This document shows, piece by piece, positions 10,608-25,115 of a stretch of DNA of 64,000 nt. Each line of letters starts with the position of its first letter. The stretch's first letter is position 1. The DNA comes from an uncultured Alphaproteobacteria bacterium (GTDB taxonomy: Bacteria > Pseudomonadota > Alphaproteobacteria > Rhizobiales > Methyloligellaceae), in assembly GCA_963798815.1 (NCBI GenBank), contig CAWCUW010000002.1, forward strand, positions 378,311 through 442,310, in the 5' to 3' direction. Below the pieces are notes generated by a model. That model searched no databases. It was given only the letters and a program-made list of their open reading frames with translations, and was not told where the DNA came from. Made by a program: the position numbers and the translations under genes.

Positions 10608-11307
10608 ATGCTCCGCCTTGAGCGCCTGGAGCGCGGCTATACCCAGGGCAATCGTCGCATCGATGTGTTGAAAGCGGCCTCGGCCTCGTTCTTTCCGAGG
10701 CGAAGCCGTGGCTCTGCTTGGCCCCTCCGGTGCGGGCAAATCCACACTGCTGCATATCGCCGGCCTGCTGGAGCGGCCTGACCGCGGCGCGGTGCTCATC
10801 AACGGCGTCGATTGCGTCGGGCTGAACGACAAGGAGCAGACCCGCATCAGGCGGATGGAGGTGGGCTTCGTCTATCAGTTTCACCATCTCCTGCCGGAAT
10901 TCTCGGCCCTGGAGAACGTCGTGCTGCCTCAGCTCATCCTCGGGCTGACGCACAGCCGGGCCGAGGCGCGGGCGAAAGAGCTGCTCGGCTCGCTTGGCCT
11001 TGCCGAACGCTGGGACCACCGCCCGGCGCAGCTTTCCGGCGGTGAGCAACAGCGCGTCGCAATCGCCCGCGCGCTCGCCAACAGTCCTAAAGTGCTGCTC
11101 GCCGACGAGCCGACCGGCAATCTCGATCCACCGACCGCGGAGCGCGTGTTCGAGCAGCTTCTGAAGCTCGTGCGACAGTCGGGCGTGGCCGCGGTGGTCG
11201 CCACCCACAATCTCGATCTCGCCGCCCGCATGGATCGCGTATTGCGGCTGAGCGAGGGCCTGCTGGTCGAGGAAGAGGTTGCGGTCGTCGAGGTCGCCGA
11301 GCGGTAG
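10608..11307 (+). pseudogene. lolD: lipoprotein-releasing ABC transporter ATP-binding protein LolD, interrupted by a +1 frameshift near 10697
   Basis: The N-terminus [30 protein letters not shown] is in one frame. (R)[28 protein letters not shown] (Walker A), [15 protein letters not shown] and [11 protein letters not shown] are in the next frame. Deleting one base in ccgAGGcgaa restores a 232-aa protein. Confidence 0.85.
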
Positions 11308-11321
11308 TCGCCTTGCGCCCG

Positions 11322-11336
11322 GAACAAAAGAAGAAC
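11322..11336 (+). promoter_or_regulatory. match to the alphaproteobacterial LexA box (GAAC-N7-GAAC) upstream of dnaE
   Basis: GAACaaaagaaGAAC lies about 110 nt upstream of the dnaE ATG, in the same orientation relative to the gene as the box upstream of lexA. Confidence 0.4.
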
Positions 11337-11446
11337 ATACTCCAGCACGGATAGCGGGGATATGTCGGACTGGCCCTTCTACGGACTGACCGAATCCGAG
11401 AGGGTGAACCCTCGCCAATCCCCAGCGCAGGAGCGTATCGCAAGCA

Positions 11447-14935
<3,489 letters not shown>

Positions 14936-14969
14936 GGGCCGCAGGCCTCAACTTCTGCGGGCGCTGGCC

Positions 14970-14998
14970 CTTGCCAAGCCTGGCGGGCATCCCTATAA
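14970..14998 (+). promoter_or_regulatory. candidate sigma70-type promoter for rpsB-tsf (CTTGCC-N17-CTATAA)
   Basis: The -35-like CTTGCC and -10-like CTATAA are spaced 17 nt apart, about 135 nt upstream of the rpsB ATG. This is a pattern match only. Confidence 0.35.
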
Positions 14999-15133
14999 AC
15001 CGCCCATCTCACACGCGGGATGCTAAAGCGTCACATAGGCGGTCATGCCATTGCGCTCGCTCCGGTGGTTGGGTTTTGGCCCAATCTTCCTTGTCCCGCG
15101 GCGGCCGAACCGGAAAAAGGAGTCAGCAGTCCA

Positions 15134-16057
15134 ATGGCACTGCCTAATGTCACTATGCGTCAGCTGCTTGAGGCTGGCGTGCATTTTGGTCACCAGACCC
15201 ATCGCTGGAACCCGAAGATGGAGCCGTTCATCTACGGCTCCCGTAACAACATCCACATTATCGATTTGACCCAGACCGTGCCGCTCCTGCATCAGGCGCT
15301 GCTCACCGTCTCGGACGTCGTCGCCAAAGGCGGCCGCGTTCTCTTCGTCGGCACCAAGCGGCAAGCCTCCGAGGCGGTCGCCGATGCCGCGAAGTCGTGC
15401 GCGCAATACTACGTCAATCACCGTTGGCTCGGCGGCACGCTGACCAATTGGCGCACCATTTCCAACTCGATCAAGCGGCTCAAGTCGCTCGAGGAGTTGC
15501 TGGCCGGCGATCACCACGGTCTTACCAAGAAGGAGCTGCTCCAGCTCACGCGTGAGAAGGACAAGCTCGAGCGCTCGCTTGGCGGCATCAAGGACATGGG
15601 CGCGTTGCCCGATCTGATGTTCGTCATCGATACCAACAAGGAATCGATCGCCATCGCCGAGGCGCGCAAGCTGCACATGCCGGTGGTGGCCGTGGTCGAC
15701 TCCAATTGCGATCCGGATGGCATCAGCCATCCCATCCCCGGCAACGACGACGCCGGTCGCGCCATCACGCTCTATTGCGACCTGATCTCGCGCGCCGCCA
15801 TCGACGGCATCGAGCGGGCGCAGGGCGCCGTGGGCATGGATCTCGGCGCCGCCGAGGAGCCCGTGACCGATCCGGCGCTCGAAGGCGAGGAGGACGGCGA
15901 GCGACCGGCCGCCGACCGGCGCCCGAAGAAGAAGCCGGCGCGAGCCGATGGCAGAGGACCGGGCAGAGGTGGCCCGCGGCCTGACGGCAAGCGGCCGGCG
16001 CGCAAGCCCAAGGGTCCGTCGGCCACCGAAGGTGCCGCGGTTCATGACGAAGGTTAA
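15134..16057 (+). CDS. rpsB: 30S ribosomal protein S2
   Basis: The ATG at 15134 follows aaaaaGGAGtc. The protein starts [29 protein letters not shown] and has a Pro/Arg/Lys-rich C-terminal tail. Confidence 0.93.
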   Translation: MALPNVTMRQLLEAGVHFGHQTHRWNPKMEPFIYGSRNNIHIIDLTQTVPLLHQALLTVSDVVAKGGRVLFVGTKRQASEAVADAAKSCAQYYVNHRWLGGTLTNWRTISNSIKRLKSLEELLAGDHHGLTKKELLQLTREKDKLERSLGGIKDMGALPDLMFVIDTNKESIAIAEARKLHMPVVAVVDSNCDPDGISHPIPGNDDAGRAITLYCDLISRAAIDGIERAQGAVGMDLGAAEEPVTDPALEGEEDGERPAADRRPKKKPARADGRGPGRGGPRPDGKRPARKPKGPSATEGAAVHDEG

Positions 16058-16063
16058 GGTGTG

Positions 16064-16993
16064 ATGGCGACAATTTCGGCAACCATGGTGAAGGACCTGC
16101 GCGACAAAACGGGCGCGGGCATGATGGATTGCAAGGCGGCGCTCGCCGAGACCAAGGGCGACGTCGAGGCCGCGGTCGATTGGCTCAGGACCAAGGGTCT
16201 CGCCAAGGCCGCCAAGAAGGCCGGCCGCGTTGCCGCGGAAGGACTGATCGGGATTGCCGGTGACGCGAAACAGGCGGCGCTGGTCGAGGTCAACTCCGAG
16301 ACGGATTTCGTCGCCCGCAACGCGGCCTTCCAGAAGATGGCCTCGGGCATCGCCGAGGCCGCGCTTCAGGCCAAGGGAGATCTCGACAAGCTGTCCAAGG
16401 CAAAGTTCCCGGGCGGCAACGCCAGCGTTGCCGACACCGTCAAGGAGATGGTCGGCTCGATCGGCGAGAACATGACGCTGCGCCGCGCCGCGTATCTCGC
16501 CGCCAAGAATGGAACCGTCGCCAGCTACATGCACAACGCGATTGCGCCTGGCCTCGGCAAGATCGGCGTCATCGTCGCCCTCGAGTCGACGGGCAATCCC
16601 GAGGACGTCAAAACCTTCGGCCGTCAGGTCGCCATGCATATCGCTTTCGCCAACCCGCAAAGCCTCGATGTCGACAGCTTGGACAAGACCGTTGTCGAGC
16701 GCGAGCGCGCGGTGCTGACCGAGCAGGCGAAAGAGTCGGGCAAACCGCCTCAGGTCATCGAGAAGATGGTCGAGGGGCGCCTGCGGAAATTCTACGAGGA
16801 GGTCGTGCTTCTCGCGCAGCCCTTCGTGCACGATTCCGAGCAAACCGTGGCCAAGGCCATGGAAGCCGCCGGCAAGACGGCCGGCGCGCCGATCAAGATC
16901 ACGGGTTTTCACCGGTTTGCCTTGGGCGAGGGGATCGACCGGGCTGAAACCGATTTTGCGGCCGAGGTTGCCGCGGCGGCCTCGCAATCTTAG
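16064..16993 (+). CDS. tsf: translation elongation factor Ts
   Basis: [30 protein letters not shown] is the canonical EF-Ts N-terminus. The ORF track begins one codon earlier, at the GTG at 16061. Confidence 0.93.
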   Translation: MATISATMVKDLRDKTGAGMMDCKAALAETKGDVEAAVDWLRTKGLAKAAKKAGRVAAEGLIGIAGDAKQAALVEVNSETDFVARNAAFQKMASGIAEAALQAKGDLDKLSKAKFPGGNASVADTVKEMVGSIGENMTLRRAAYLAAKNGTVASYMHNAIAPGLGKIGVIVALESTGNPEDVKTFGRQVAMHIAFANPQSLDVDSLDKTVVERERAVLTEQAKESGKPPQVIEKMVEGRLRKFYEEVVLLAQPFVHDSEQTVAKAMEAAGKTAGAPIKITGFHRFALGEGIDRAETDFAAEVAAAASQS

Positions 16994-17064
16994 GGTGAGG
17001 GCGTGCGGGGGCAGCCTGTCCACGCGCGCTCGCCAACCCGCCACTCGCGCCGGAGTTTGAGCTG

Positions 17065-17811
17065 ATGGCAAAGCCTCAGGCGGCCGCAACCCTTCGCTAT
17101 CGGCGAATCCTGCTCAAATTGTCGGGCGAGGCGCTCGCCGGCGACCGAGGCTACGGCATCGATCTTGGGGTGATCGCCGGGATCGCCCGCGATGTTGCCG
17201 TGGCTGCCGCTTCGGGTGCCGAGATTTGCCTCGTGATCGGCGGCGGCAACATCTTTCGCGGGCTGATGGCGGCGGAAGTCGGCATCGACCGGGCACGCGC
17301 CGACTATATGGGCATGCTGGCCACGGTGATGAACGCGCTCGCGCTGCAGACGGCGATCGAGCGCGAGGGGACACCGGCGCGAGTGCTCTCGGCCATCCCG
17401 ATGCCCACCATCTGCGAATCCTACGTCCGCGACAAGGCGCTCGATCACCTGGCAAAGGGTCGGGTGGTGATCTTCGCCGGAGGCACCGGCAACCCGTTCT
17501 TCACCACGGACACGGCTGCGGCGCTGCGCGCGGCGGAGATGGGCTGCGAGGCGCTGTTCAAGGCCACGCAGGTTGACGGCGTCTATTCCGCCGACCCGCA
17601 AAAGACGCCAAGCGCGCGCCGCTACGAACGGCTCAGCTATGACGATGTCCTTAAGCACGATCTGCGCATCATGGATGGTGCCGCAATCGCCCTTGCCCGG
17701 GACAATCGGATTCCGATAATTGTGTTTTCCATCAAGAGCCAAGGCAGCTTGGCTCTGGCATTGCAGGGAAAGGGCTCCTCGACCACGATCGATGGCGGCA
17801 AGGGAGCTTAG
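17065..17811 (+). CDS. pyrH: UMP kinase
   Basis: A 248-aa protein with [21 protein letters not shown] and [12 protein letters not shown] motifs. Confidence 0.93.
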   Translation: MAKPQAAATLRYRRILLKLSGEALAGDRGYGIDLGVIAGIARDVAVAAASGAEICLVIGGGNIFRGLMAAEVGIDRARADYMGMLATVMNALALQTAIEREGTPARVLSAIPMPTICESYVRDKALDHLAKGRVVIFAGGTGNPFFTTDTAAALRAAEMGCEALFKATQVDGVYSADPQKTPSARRYERLSYDDVLKHDLRIMDGAAIALARDNRIPIIVFSIKSQGSLALALQGKGSSTTIDGGKGA

Positions 17812-17874
17812 GAAACGCGGAGCTTTGGCCGGGTTGCGCTGTCAAGCGGCGCGCGGCAGAGCAGGGAAGGCGAC

Positions 17875-18432
17875 ATGTCGAGCTTCGACCTTAAGGAGAT
17901 CGAGCGGCGGATGCGTGGCGCCCTCGGCGTGTTGAAACAGGAATTCGGCGGATTGCGCACTGGCCGAGCCAATGCGAGCCTGCTGGACCCGATCATGGTC
18001 ACCGCCTACGGCAACCCCATGGCACTCAATCAGCTCGCCACCATCAACGTTCCCGAGCCACGACTGATCACCGTGCAGGTCTGGGATCGCAGCCAGGTCG
18101 GCGCCGTCGAGCGCGCCATCAGGGAGTCGGATTTGGGTCTCAACCCGGTGGTCGAGGGACAGCTCATGCGCCTGCCGATCCCCGAGCTGAACCAGGAGCG
18201 GCGCCAGGAGATCGCCAAGGTCGCCCATAAATATGCCGAGCAGGCGCGCATCGCCGTGCGCAATGTGCGCCGCGACGGCATGGAGCATCTGAAGAAGGCT
18301 GAGAAAGATCACGAGATGGGCAAGGACGAGCACCACTCGCTTTCGACCAAGGTGCAAGAGTTAACCGACAAGATCATCAAGGAAATCGATGAGGCCCTTG
18401 CCAGCAAGGAAGCCGAGATCATGCAGGTCTAA
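17875..18432 (+). CDS. frr: ribosome recycling factor
   Basis: A 185-aa protein with [12 protein letters not shown] and IAVRNVRRD motifs. Confidence 0.93.
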   Translation: MSSFDLKEIERRMRGALGVLKQEFGGLRTGRANASLLDPIMVTAYGNPMALNQLATINVPEPRLITVQVWDRSQVGAVERAIRESDLGLNPVVEGQLMRLPIPELNQERRQEIAKVAHKYAEQARIAVRNVRRDGMEHLKKAEKDHEMGKDEHHSLSTKVQELTDKIIKEIDEALASKEAEIMQV

Positions 18433-19242
18433 TTGGGCAAGATCAGAGGAAGCGCCCTTACCCCTAACCCGGAGCAGCCGAACGTGACGCTTGCGGTGGA
18501 TAAGCTTGCTTGGCAATCGGCCGACAGACCGGCGGTACGCCATGTTGCGATCATCATGGATGGCAATGGACGCTGGGCCGCCGAGCGCGGGCTGCCGCGC
18601 GCCGAAGGCCATCGCCAGGGCGTGGAAAGCGTGCGACGCACGGTCGAGGGCGCGCTCGATCTCGGCATCACCCATCTCACCTTGTTCAGCTTCTCGTCGG
18701 AAAACTGGTCCCGGCCCAAGCATGAGATCAACGATCTGTTCGGTCTGTTGCGCCGCTTCATTCGCCGCGATCTCGCCGACTTGCATAAGAACGGGGTTAA
18801 GATCCGCGTGATCGGCACGCGCTCGGGCCTCGATGCCGACTTGTTGAGGATGCTCGACGACGCAGTCGAGCTCACCAAGGAAAACACCGCGCTCAACCTC
18901 ACCATCGCTTTCAATTACGGTGCCCGCGACGAGATCGCCCGCGCCGCGCGCCGCATCGCCGAGGACGTGGCGAAGGGCGCCCTCGCTCCCGCCGAGGTAA
19001 CCGAGGCGCGCCTCGGTTGCTATCTCGACACGGCCGATCTTCCCGATCCCGACCTCTTGATCCGCACCAGCGGCGAGCTTCGCCTGTCGAACTTCCTGCT
19101 CTGGCAGCTTGCCTATGCCGAGTTCGTGTTCATCGATGTGTATTGGCCGGACTTCTCGCGCGAGCAGCTGGAAGCGGCGATCGCCGAGTATCAGCGGCGC
19201 AGCCGGCGCTTTGGCGGCACCTCCGCGAGATCCACCGAGTGA
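18433..19242 (+). CDS. uppS: isoprenyl transferase (undecaprenyl-diphosphate synthase)
   Basis: [22 protein letters not shown] and [15 protein letters not shown] motifs are present. The start is uncertain: TTG at 18433 or GTG at 18484. Confidence 0.87.
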   Translation: MGKIRGSALTPNPEQPNVTLAVDKLAWQSADRPAVRHVAIIMDGNGRWAAERGLPRAEGHRQGVESVRRTVEGALDLGITHLTLFSFSSENWSRPKHEINDLFGLLRRFIRRDLADLHKNGVKIRVIGTRSGLDADLLRMLDDAVELTKENTALNLTIAFNYGARDEIARAARRIAEDVAKGALAPAEVTEARLGCYLDTADLPDPDLLIRTSGELRLSNFLLWQLAYAEFVFIDVYWPDFSREQLEAAIAEYQRRSRRFGGTSARSTE

Positions 19243-20099
19243 CGCGGGTAAAATCGGTTTCCGACAACGGCCGCGAGGGCGAAGCTCGCCGGAAATCCGA
19301 ATTGGCGATCCGCATTGCCTCGGCCGCTGTGCTGGCCGCGCTGGCGATCGGCGCGACCATCTACCAGCCTTGGACGTTCCTCATTCTCGTCGTGGTGGGC
19401 AGCCTGCTCGTCGCCTGGGAATGGGGGCAACTCACCCGCGGCAACGGTTTCGACGGCACGGCGCTGATCTCGGGGGTCAGCGTCGCGACCATGGCCATTC
19501 TCGTCTTCCTCGGCCGCGCCGATCTTGCCCTCTTCGTGCTGGCCGCGGCGGCGGCAGCGATCTGGCTGACGCCTGCTTCGACCGGCCGCAGTATCTGGCC
19601 CCTCGCCGGTCTCGCTTACGCGGCTCTGCCGGCGGCGGCGCTCCTGTTTCTCCGCGGCGATGCGGCTTGGGGCGCCACCGCCTTGCTCTTTCTTTTTGCC
19701 GTCGCCTGGACCACGGACACCGCCTCTTATGTCGCCGGACGCCTTCTTGGTGGGGCTAAGCTGGCGCCGCAAATTTCGCCGAACAAGACCTGGAGCGGGT
19801 TCATCGTCGGCGCCTTGACTCCGGCCCTCGTCGGTTATGCTTTTGCCGAGGCGCTTAAGGAGACTTCGGCGGTGAAACTTTCGCTGGTGAGCATCGTGCT
19901 CGCGCTCGCGTGCCAAACGGGCGATTTACTCGAGAGCGCCGTGAAGCGGCGTTTCGGAGCCAAGGATGCGAGTCAGCTGATCCCTGGTCACGGTGGCTTA
20001 CTCGACCGCATCGACGGCCTCTTGCTTGCCGCCATCGTGGCCGCCCTTATCGCGTTGCGCGATCCGACGAGCCCGGCCCGCGGCCTGCTGATTTGGTGA
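19239..20099 (+). CDS. cdsA: phosphatidate cytidylyltransferase
   Basis: The GTG at 19239 overlaps the uppS stop (GTGA). The protein is polytopic, with SPNKTWSGF and [13 protein letters not shown] signatures. Confidence 0.85.
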   Translation: MTRVKSVSDNGREGEARRKSELAIRIASAAVLAALAIGATIYQPWTFLILVVVGSLLVAWEWGQLTRGNGFDGTALISGVSVATMAILVFLGRADLALFVLAAAAAAIWLTPASTGRSIWPLAGLAYAALPAAALLFLRGDAAWGATALLFLFAVAWTTDTASYVAGRLLGGAKLAPQISPNKTWSGFIVGALTPALVGYAFAEALKETSAVKLSLVSIVLALACQTGDLLESAVKRRFGAKDASQLIPGHGGLLDRIDGLLLAAIVAALIALRDPTSPARGLLIW

Positions 20100-21325
20100 A
20101 CCCCGTGCTTCCGTCATTCTCATCGCTCAGCATCGAGATCGAGACCATAGCGGTCAAGCTGCCGCGGCGGATTTCCGTGCTGGGCGCCACCGGCTCGATC
20201 GGCGAGAGCACGCTCGACCTGATCGGTCGCGACCCTTCGGCCTATCAGGTCATCGCTTTGACCGGCGGCCAGAACGCCGCTCGCCTCGCCGAGCTCGCCA
20301 TCCTGCATCGCGCCGAACTCGCCGTGATTGCCGACCCGGCGGGTTACGCCGCTCTGCGCGAGAACCTTGCCGGCACCGGCATCGAGGTCGGGGCAGGGGA
20401 GGATGCCCTGCTCGAGGCCGCCAGCCGGCCGGCCGACTGGATCATGGCGGCGATCGTCGGCGCGGCTGGACTCAAACCGACACTCCAAGCCGTGCGACAG
20501 GGAACGCTCACGGCGCTTGCCAACAAGGAGTGCCTGGTCTCGGCGGGCGACATCTTCATGGCCGAGGTGGAGCGCGCCAAGACGACGCTGCTTCCCGTCG
20601 ATTCGGAGCATTCGGCCGCCATGCAGGTGATGACTGGGACGCGGCCTGAGCGGATCGAACTTGTGTGCCTCACCGCCTCGGGCGGACCGTTCCGCTCCTG
20701 GAGCCGCGAACAAATGCGTGCCGCTCGCCCGGAGCAAGCGCTCAACCATCCGAACTGGTCGATGGGGCCCAAGGTCACGATCGATTCGGCGACGCTGATG
20801 AACAAGGGGCTCGAGTTGCTGGAAGCGCATCACCTCTTCGGGCTAGCGCCCGACAAGCTCGACGTGCTGATCCATCCCCAGTCGATCGTGCATTGCCTCG
20901 TGCATATGAGTGACGGGTCGGTCCTCGCGCAAATGGCCTGCCCCGACATGCGCACGCCCATCGCCTATAGTCTGGCCTGGCCTGAGCGCATGCACGCTCC
21001 GACCAAGCGCCTCGATCTGGCCTCGCTCGGCACGCTCAGCTTCGAAACCCCCGATGAGGAGCGATTCCCCGCGCTCAAGCTGGCGCGCGAGGTCTTGGCC
21101 GAGGGCGGAAGCGCCGGCACTGTGCTCAATGCCGCCAATGAAGTGGCGGTGGATGCCTTCCTTTCCGGGCGAATCGGCTTCCTTTCCATCGCCGCCTTGG
21201 TCGAGGCGACGCTTGCGGCGAACGGCGGATTGACTACATCTCATCGCGGAAGCGTCGATGACGTGCTCGCCATCGACGCCGAGGCGCGGGCCGCAGCCCG
21301 GTCTTTCTTAACCCGGTTTGCTTAA
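20096..21325 (+). CDS. dxr: 1-deoxy-D-xylulose-5-phosphate reductoisomerase
   Basis: ISVLGATGSIGESTLDLI, LANKECLV, DSEHSA and NHPNWSMGPKVTIDSATLMNKGLE motifs are present. The start is a GTG at 20096 or 20105, with no ATG available. Confidence 0.9.
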   Translation: MNPVLPSFSSLSIEIETIAVKLPRRISVLGATGSIGESTLDLIGRDPSAYQVIALTGGQNAARLAELAILHRAELAVIADPAGYAALRENLAGTGIEVGAGEDALLEAASRPADWIMAAIVGAAGLKPTLQAVRQGTLTALANKECLVSAGDIFMAEVERAKTTLLPVDSEHSAAMQVMTGTRPERIELVCLTASGGPFRSWSREQMRAARPEQALNHPNWSMGPKVTIDSATLMNKGLELLEAHHLFGLAPDKLDVLIHPQSIVHCLVHMSDGSVLAQMACPDMRTPIAYSLAWPERMHAPTKRLDLASLGTLSFETPDEERFPALKLAREVLAEGGSAGTVLNAANEVAVDAFLSGRIGFLSIAALVEATLAANGGLTTSHRGSVDDVLAIDAEARAAARSFLTRFA

Positions 21326-21376
21326 CCTCGATGGCCGGGCTAACAAGGGTCAAATTTCAAGGATAAAGCCACATCG

Positions 21377-22519
21377 ATGAACACCCTGGTTCAACTTTCC
21401 GGCTTCGGCGATACATTGCTCCACTATCTTCTCCCGTTCCTCTTCGTGCTCACCGTCGTGGTCTTCATCCACGAGCTCGGGCATTTCCTTGTGGCGCGCT
21501 GGTGCGGCGTGGCGATCAAGACCTTCTCGATCGGCTTCGGTCCCGAGATCGTGGGCTTTAACGACCGGCACGGCACGCGCTGGCGGTTGTCCTGGATTCC
21601 TCTCGGCGGCTACGTCAAGTTCATCGACGACGAAAATGCCGCGAGCGCGGGTCAGAAATCGCCGGAGGAATTAACGCCGGAGGAGCGGGCGCACAGCTTC
21701 CGGGGCAAGTCCCTGGGTCAGCGCGCGGCCATCGTCGCCGCCGGCCCGATCGCCAATTTCGTGCTCGCGGTCGTCATCTTCACCATGATCTTCGCCATTT
21801 TCGGCGAACGAATCACCGCGGCCAAGGTCGACATCGTCACTCCAGGAAGCGCCGCGGAGCGAGCTGGCTTCCTGCCGGGCGACAAGGTCTTGAGCATCGA
21901 CGGCCAGGCCATCGAGAGCTTCAGCGAGATGCAGCGCATCGTGGGCACGAGCCCCGATCAGCCACTCCATTTCGTGGTCGCGCGCGACGGCAAGACCGTC
22001 GATCTCACCGCAACTCCCGAGCGCAAGGAAATCACTGACAATTTCGGCAATGTCATTCGACTCGGCCTGCTAGGAATTCAGCGCAACGCCTCTGCCGACG
22101 ATTGGACGCTCAAGCGCCACGATCCGGTCACCGCGTTCGTGATGGCGGTAAAGGAGTGCTACTTCGTCGTCTCCCGCTCGCTGGGGTATCTCTACGACGT
22201 CGTCACCGGGCGGGAATCGGCCGACCAGCTGGGCGGCCCAATTCGTATCGCCCAAGTCTCAGGTCAGGTGGCAACCGCAGGCTTTGTCGCCTTGCTCAAC
22301 CTTGCGGCGATCATCTCCGTCAGTATTGGGCTGTTGAATCTGTTCCCGATACCTATGCTGGATGGAGGACATCTTCTGTTCTACGGCATCGAAGCCATCA
22401 GGGGCCGGCCATTGAGCGAAAGCACCCAAGAAATTGGCTTCCGCATCGGGCTCGCTTTTGTGCTGATGCTGATGATCTTTGCAACCTGGAATGACTTGAT
22501 TCACTTGAAATTTTTGTGA
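21377..22519 (+). CDS. rseP: RIP (site-2) metalloprotease RseP
   Basis: A 380-aa protein with the HELGHFLVAR zinc motif, a PDZ region and NLFPIPMLDGGHL. Confidence 0.9.
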   Translation: MNTLVQLSGFGDTLLHYLLPFLFVLTVVVFIHELGHFLVARWCGVAIKTFSIGFGPEIVGFNDRHGTRWRLSWIPLGGYVKFIDDENAASAGQKSPEELTPEERAHSFRGKSLGQRAAIVAAGPIANFVLAVVIFTMIFAIFGERITAAKVDIVTPGSAAERAGFLPGDKVLSIDGQAIESFSEMQRIVGTSPDQPLHFVVARDGKTVDLTATPERKEITDNFGNVIRLGLLGIQRNASADDWTLKRHDPVTAFVMAVKECYFVVSRSLGYLYDVVTGRESADQLGGPIRIAQVSGQVATAGFVALLNLAAIISVSIGLLNLFPIPMLDGGHLLFYGIEAIRGRPLSESTQEIGFRIGLAFVLMLMIFATWNDLIHLKFL

Positions 22520-22548
22520 GAGTACCGGTTTGAGACAGAGCGCTTGGC

Positions 22549-22566
22549 GGGGGCCTTAGGGCCCCC
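22549..22566 (+). terminator. GC-rich hairpin after rseP (weak terminator candidate)
   Basis: GGGGGCC-ttag-GGCCCCC forms a 7-bp stem, but no clear U-run follows. Confidence 0.3.
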
Positions 22567-22674
22567 GTTGGCGTAATGCGGCGGGAACCAAAAATCGGCC
22601 ACAAACCAGTGGCCAGTTTGGTTCCTGAAGCCGTAGCGGCGGCGGGGATCCGGCTCGAGGGGAAGACACCAGTA

Positions 22675-25047
22675 ATGGTGCGGTGGACGTTGACCAGAGG
22701 GCTGCTTGCGGCCCTCCTTGTGTTGAGTAGCGTCCCGCTTTCGCTGGCTCTGAGCGCCAGCTTTGGCGACTTTTCCGCGCACGCCCAAGGCGTCATCCAG
22801 ACTATCCGCGTCGAAGGCAGCCGGCGGGTCGAGCCCGAGACGGTCCGCTCCTACCTCACCTTCTCCCCCGGCGACGCCTACGATCCCGCGCAAATCGACG
22901 AATTGCTGAAGGCGCTATTCGCCACCGGCCTCTTTCAGGACGTGCGCATCCGGCGCGAGGGCGCGACGATCGTCATCGTCATCGTCGAGAACCCGATTAT
23001 TAGCCGCGTGGCGTTCGAGGGGAATCGGGAGGTCGAGGACGACACCCTGGCCGCCGAAGTGCAGCTCAAGCCACGCGCGGTCTATACCCGCGCCCGCGTG
23101 CAGGCAGACGTACAGCGCATTCTCACCGTTTATCGCCGCCAAGGCCTCTACGCGGCGCGGGTCGATCCCAAGGTCATCAACCTCGATAACAACCGTATCG
23201 ATGTCGTGTTCGAGATCAACGAGGGCCCGATCACCAAGGTTCGCGCCATCAATTTCATTGGCAACGTGGCTTTCAGCGATTCGCAACTCCGCTACGTGAT
23301 CGCCACCACGCAAACCAACATCTTGAGCTTTCTCAAGGGCACCAACATCTACGATCCCGACCGCCTCAATCTCGACCGTGAGCTGCTCAGGCAGTTTTAT
23401 CTAAAGAGCGGCTATGCCGATGTGCGTATTTTGTCGGCCACCGCCGATCTCGACCGTGACGCCCGCGGCTTCTTCATCACTTTCACCATCGACGAGGGCG
23501 AGCGCTACCGGTTCGGTACCATCAACATCGAGAGCGCTCTGCCGTCGCTCAACATCGACAACCTCGGCAAATACCTCCTGACCAAGACCGGGCGCGTCTA
23601 CAACGCCGAAAAGGTGGAAAAGACGGTCGAGGCGTTGACCATCGGTGTGTCTTTGCAAGGTTACGCCTTCGGTCAGGTCAAGCCGCGTTTCGATCGCGAC
23701 GAGACGAACCACATTATGAATATCACCTTCGGTATCGACGAAGGCCCGCGCATCTATATCGAGCGCATCAACATCGTCGGCAATTTCCGTACCGAGGATA
23801 ACGTCATCCGGCGTCAATTCCGCCTAGCCGAGGGCGACGCCTTTAACCGCCTCTTGGTGGAATCGGCCCGCAAGCGATTGCGTGCGCTTGGCTTCTTCAA
23901 GACCGTGGAGGTCGAGCCGCAGCCCGGCAGCGCGCCCGACCGGGTGATCATCGTGGTGAAGGTGGAGGAGCAGCCAACCGGCGAACTGTCCTTCGGCGCC
24001 GGTTACTCAACCAGCGAAGGCATTATCGGCGATATCAGCATCACCGAGCGCAACCTGATGGGCAAAGGCCAATATGTCAGGCTCGGCTTCTCCGGAAGCC
24101 TCGACCGTGCTCAGGTCGATTTCAGCTTCACCGAGCCGTATTTCCTCGATCGCAATCTCGCAGCGGGGTTCGACATCTTCCACAAAGAGGTCGATCTGCA
24201 GGATGCCGCCTCTTTCAACGAGCGCGACACCGGCGGCAATCTCAGACTCGGCTTTCCGCTCTACGACAACACGCAAATGGGCTTGCGGTACAGATTTGAA
24301 CGCGAGGAAATCTTCAACGTGGCCAACAACGCGTCTCTCGCCGTGCAGCAATCGGAAGGAACTTCCTACGTCTCCAGCATTGGTTACACCATCGCATACG
24401 ATACACGAAACATACCGAACCAGCCCACCAGTGGTGTTTTCGCTACATTTTCGCAAGACTTAGCTGGGCTTGGTGGCGACGTGAACTACTTCCGGTCCGT
24501 CGTAGACACCCGCGGTTATTATCCGATCACCAACAAGATCACCTTGGTCGGTCGCGCGACAGGCAGGTTCGGTCACAGGATGGGGCGGAGAAGATCTCCG
24601 CTTGACCGATCTCTTCTTCAAGGGCGGCGAGACGGTCCGTGGGTTCGAGCGCGCCGGATACGGCCCACGCGATGCCTGCGAAAATCCTAGCAGCGGAAAG
24701 ACGCATATCTAATTGCTCACGCGATGCCCTCGGTGGCGAGTTCTTCTGGGCCACCACCGCGGAGGTGCGTTTCCCCTTCCCGTTCGTTCCCGACAGCATC
24801 GGCATGCAGGGAGCGTTCTTCGTCGACGCGGGCTCGCTGTGGCAGCCCGGCGCAGCTGGCCATTAAGGCTGTGAACCAAGAGGGGAGCTTCATCTTCGAC
24901 AACGCGGCAGTACGCTTGTCCACCGGATTCAGCCTCATCTGGCAGTCGCCACTTGGCCCACTCCGCGCCGATATCGCGCAGGCTCTGCTTAAAGAGAGCT
25001 TCGACAAGACCGAGGTTTTCCGCTTCGGCGCTTCAACGAACTTCTAA
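22675..25047 (+). pseudogene. bamA: outer membrane protein assembly factor BamA, with three +1 frameshifts in the last ~500 nt
   Basis: The ATG at 22675 gives a signal peptide, then POTRA repeats (IQTIRVEGSRRVEPETV...) and a beta-barrel. After TLVGRATG the sequence continues in successive frames: GWGGEDLRLTDLFFKGGETVRGFERAGYGPRD, then DALGGEFFWATTAEVRFPF...FFVDAGSLW, then IKAVNQEGSFIFDNAAVRLSTGFSLIWQSPLGPLRADIA...FRFGASTNF*. Confidence 0.88.
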
Positions 25048-25115
25048 AGCAAGCGATTTCCAGATATGGCTTCGCGCCATGGCCCATGTCGCGGCGCGCG
25101 CCGCTGAGATCTTCA

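Noticed and set aside
15800-16057. The long basic Pro/Arg/Lys-rich C-terminal tail of ribosomal protein S2, considered as a possible frameshift product or fusion.
   Set aside because: The frame is continuous from the conserved S2 core, and S2 proteins with low-complexity C-terminal extensions are common in alphaproteobacteria. There is no evidence of a break.
16991-17000. TAGGGTGAGG at the tsf stop codon, which shares the AGGGTGAGG 9-mer with the pdhB and pdhC elements.
   Set aside because: It is a solitary 9-mer with no complementary arm or hairpin nearby. A single GC-rich 9-mer match in 128 kb of two-strand sequence is compatible with chance.
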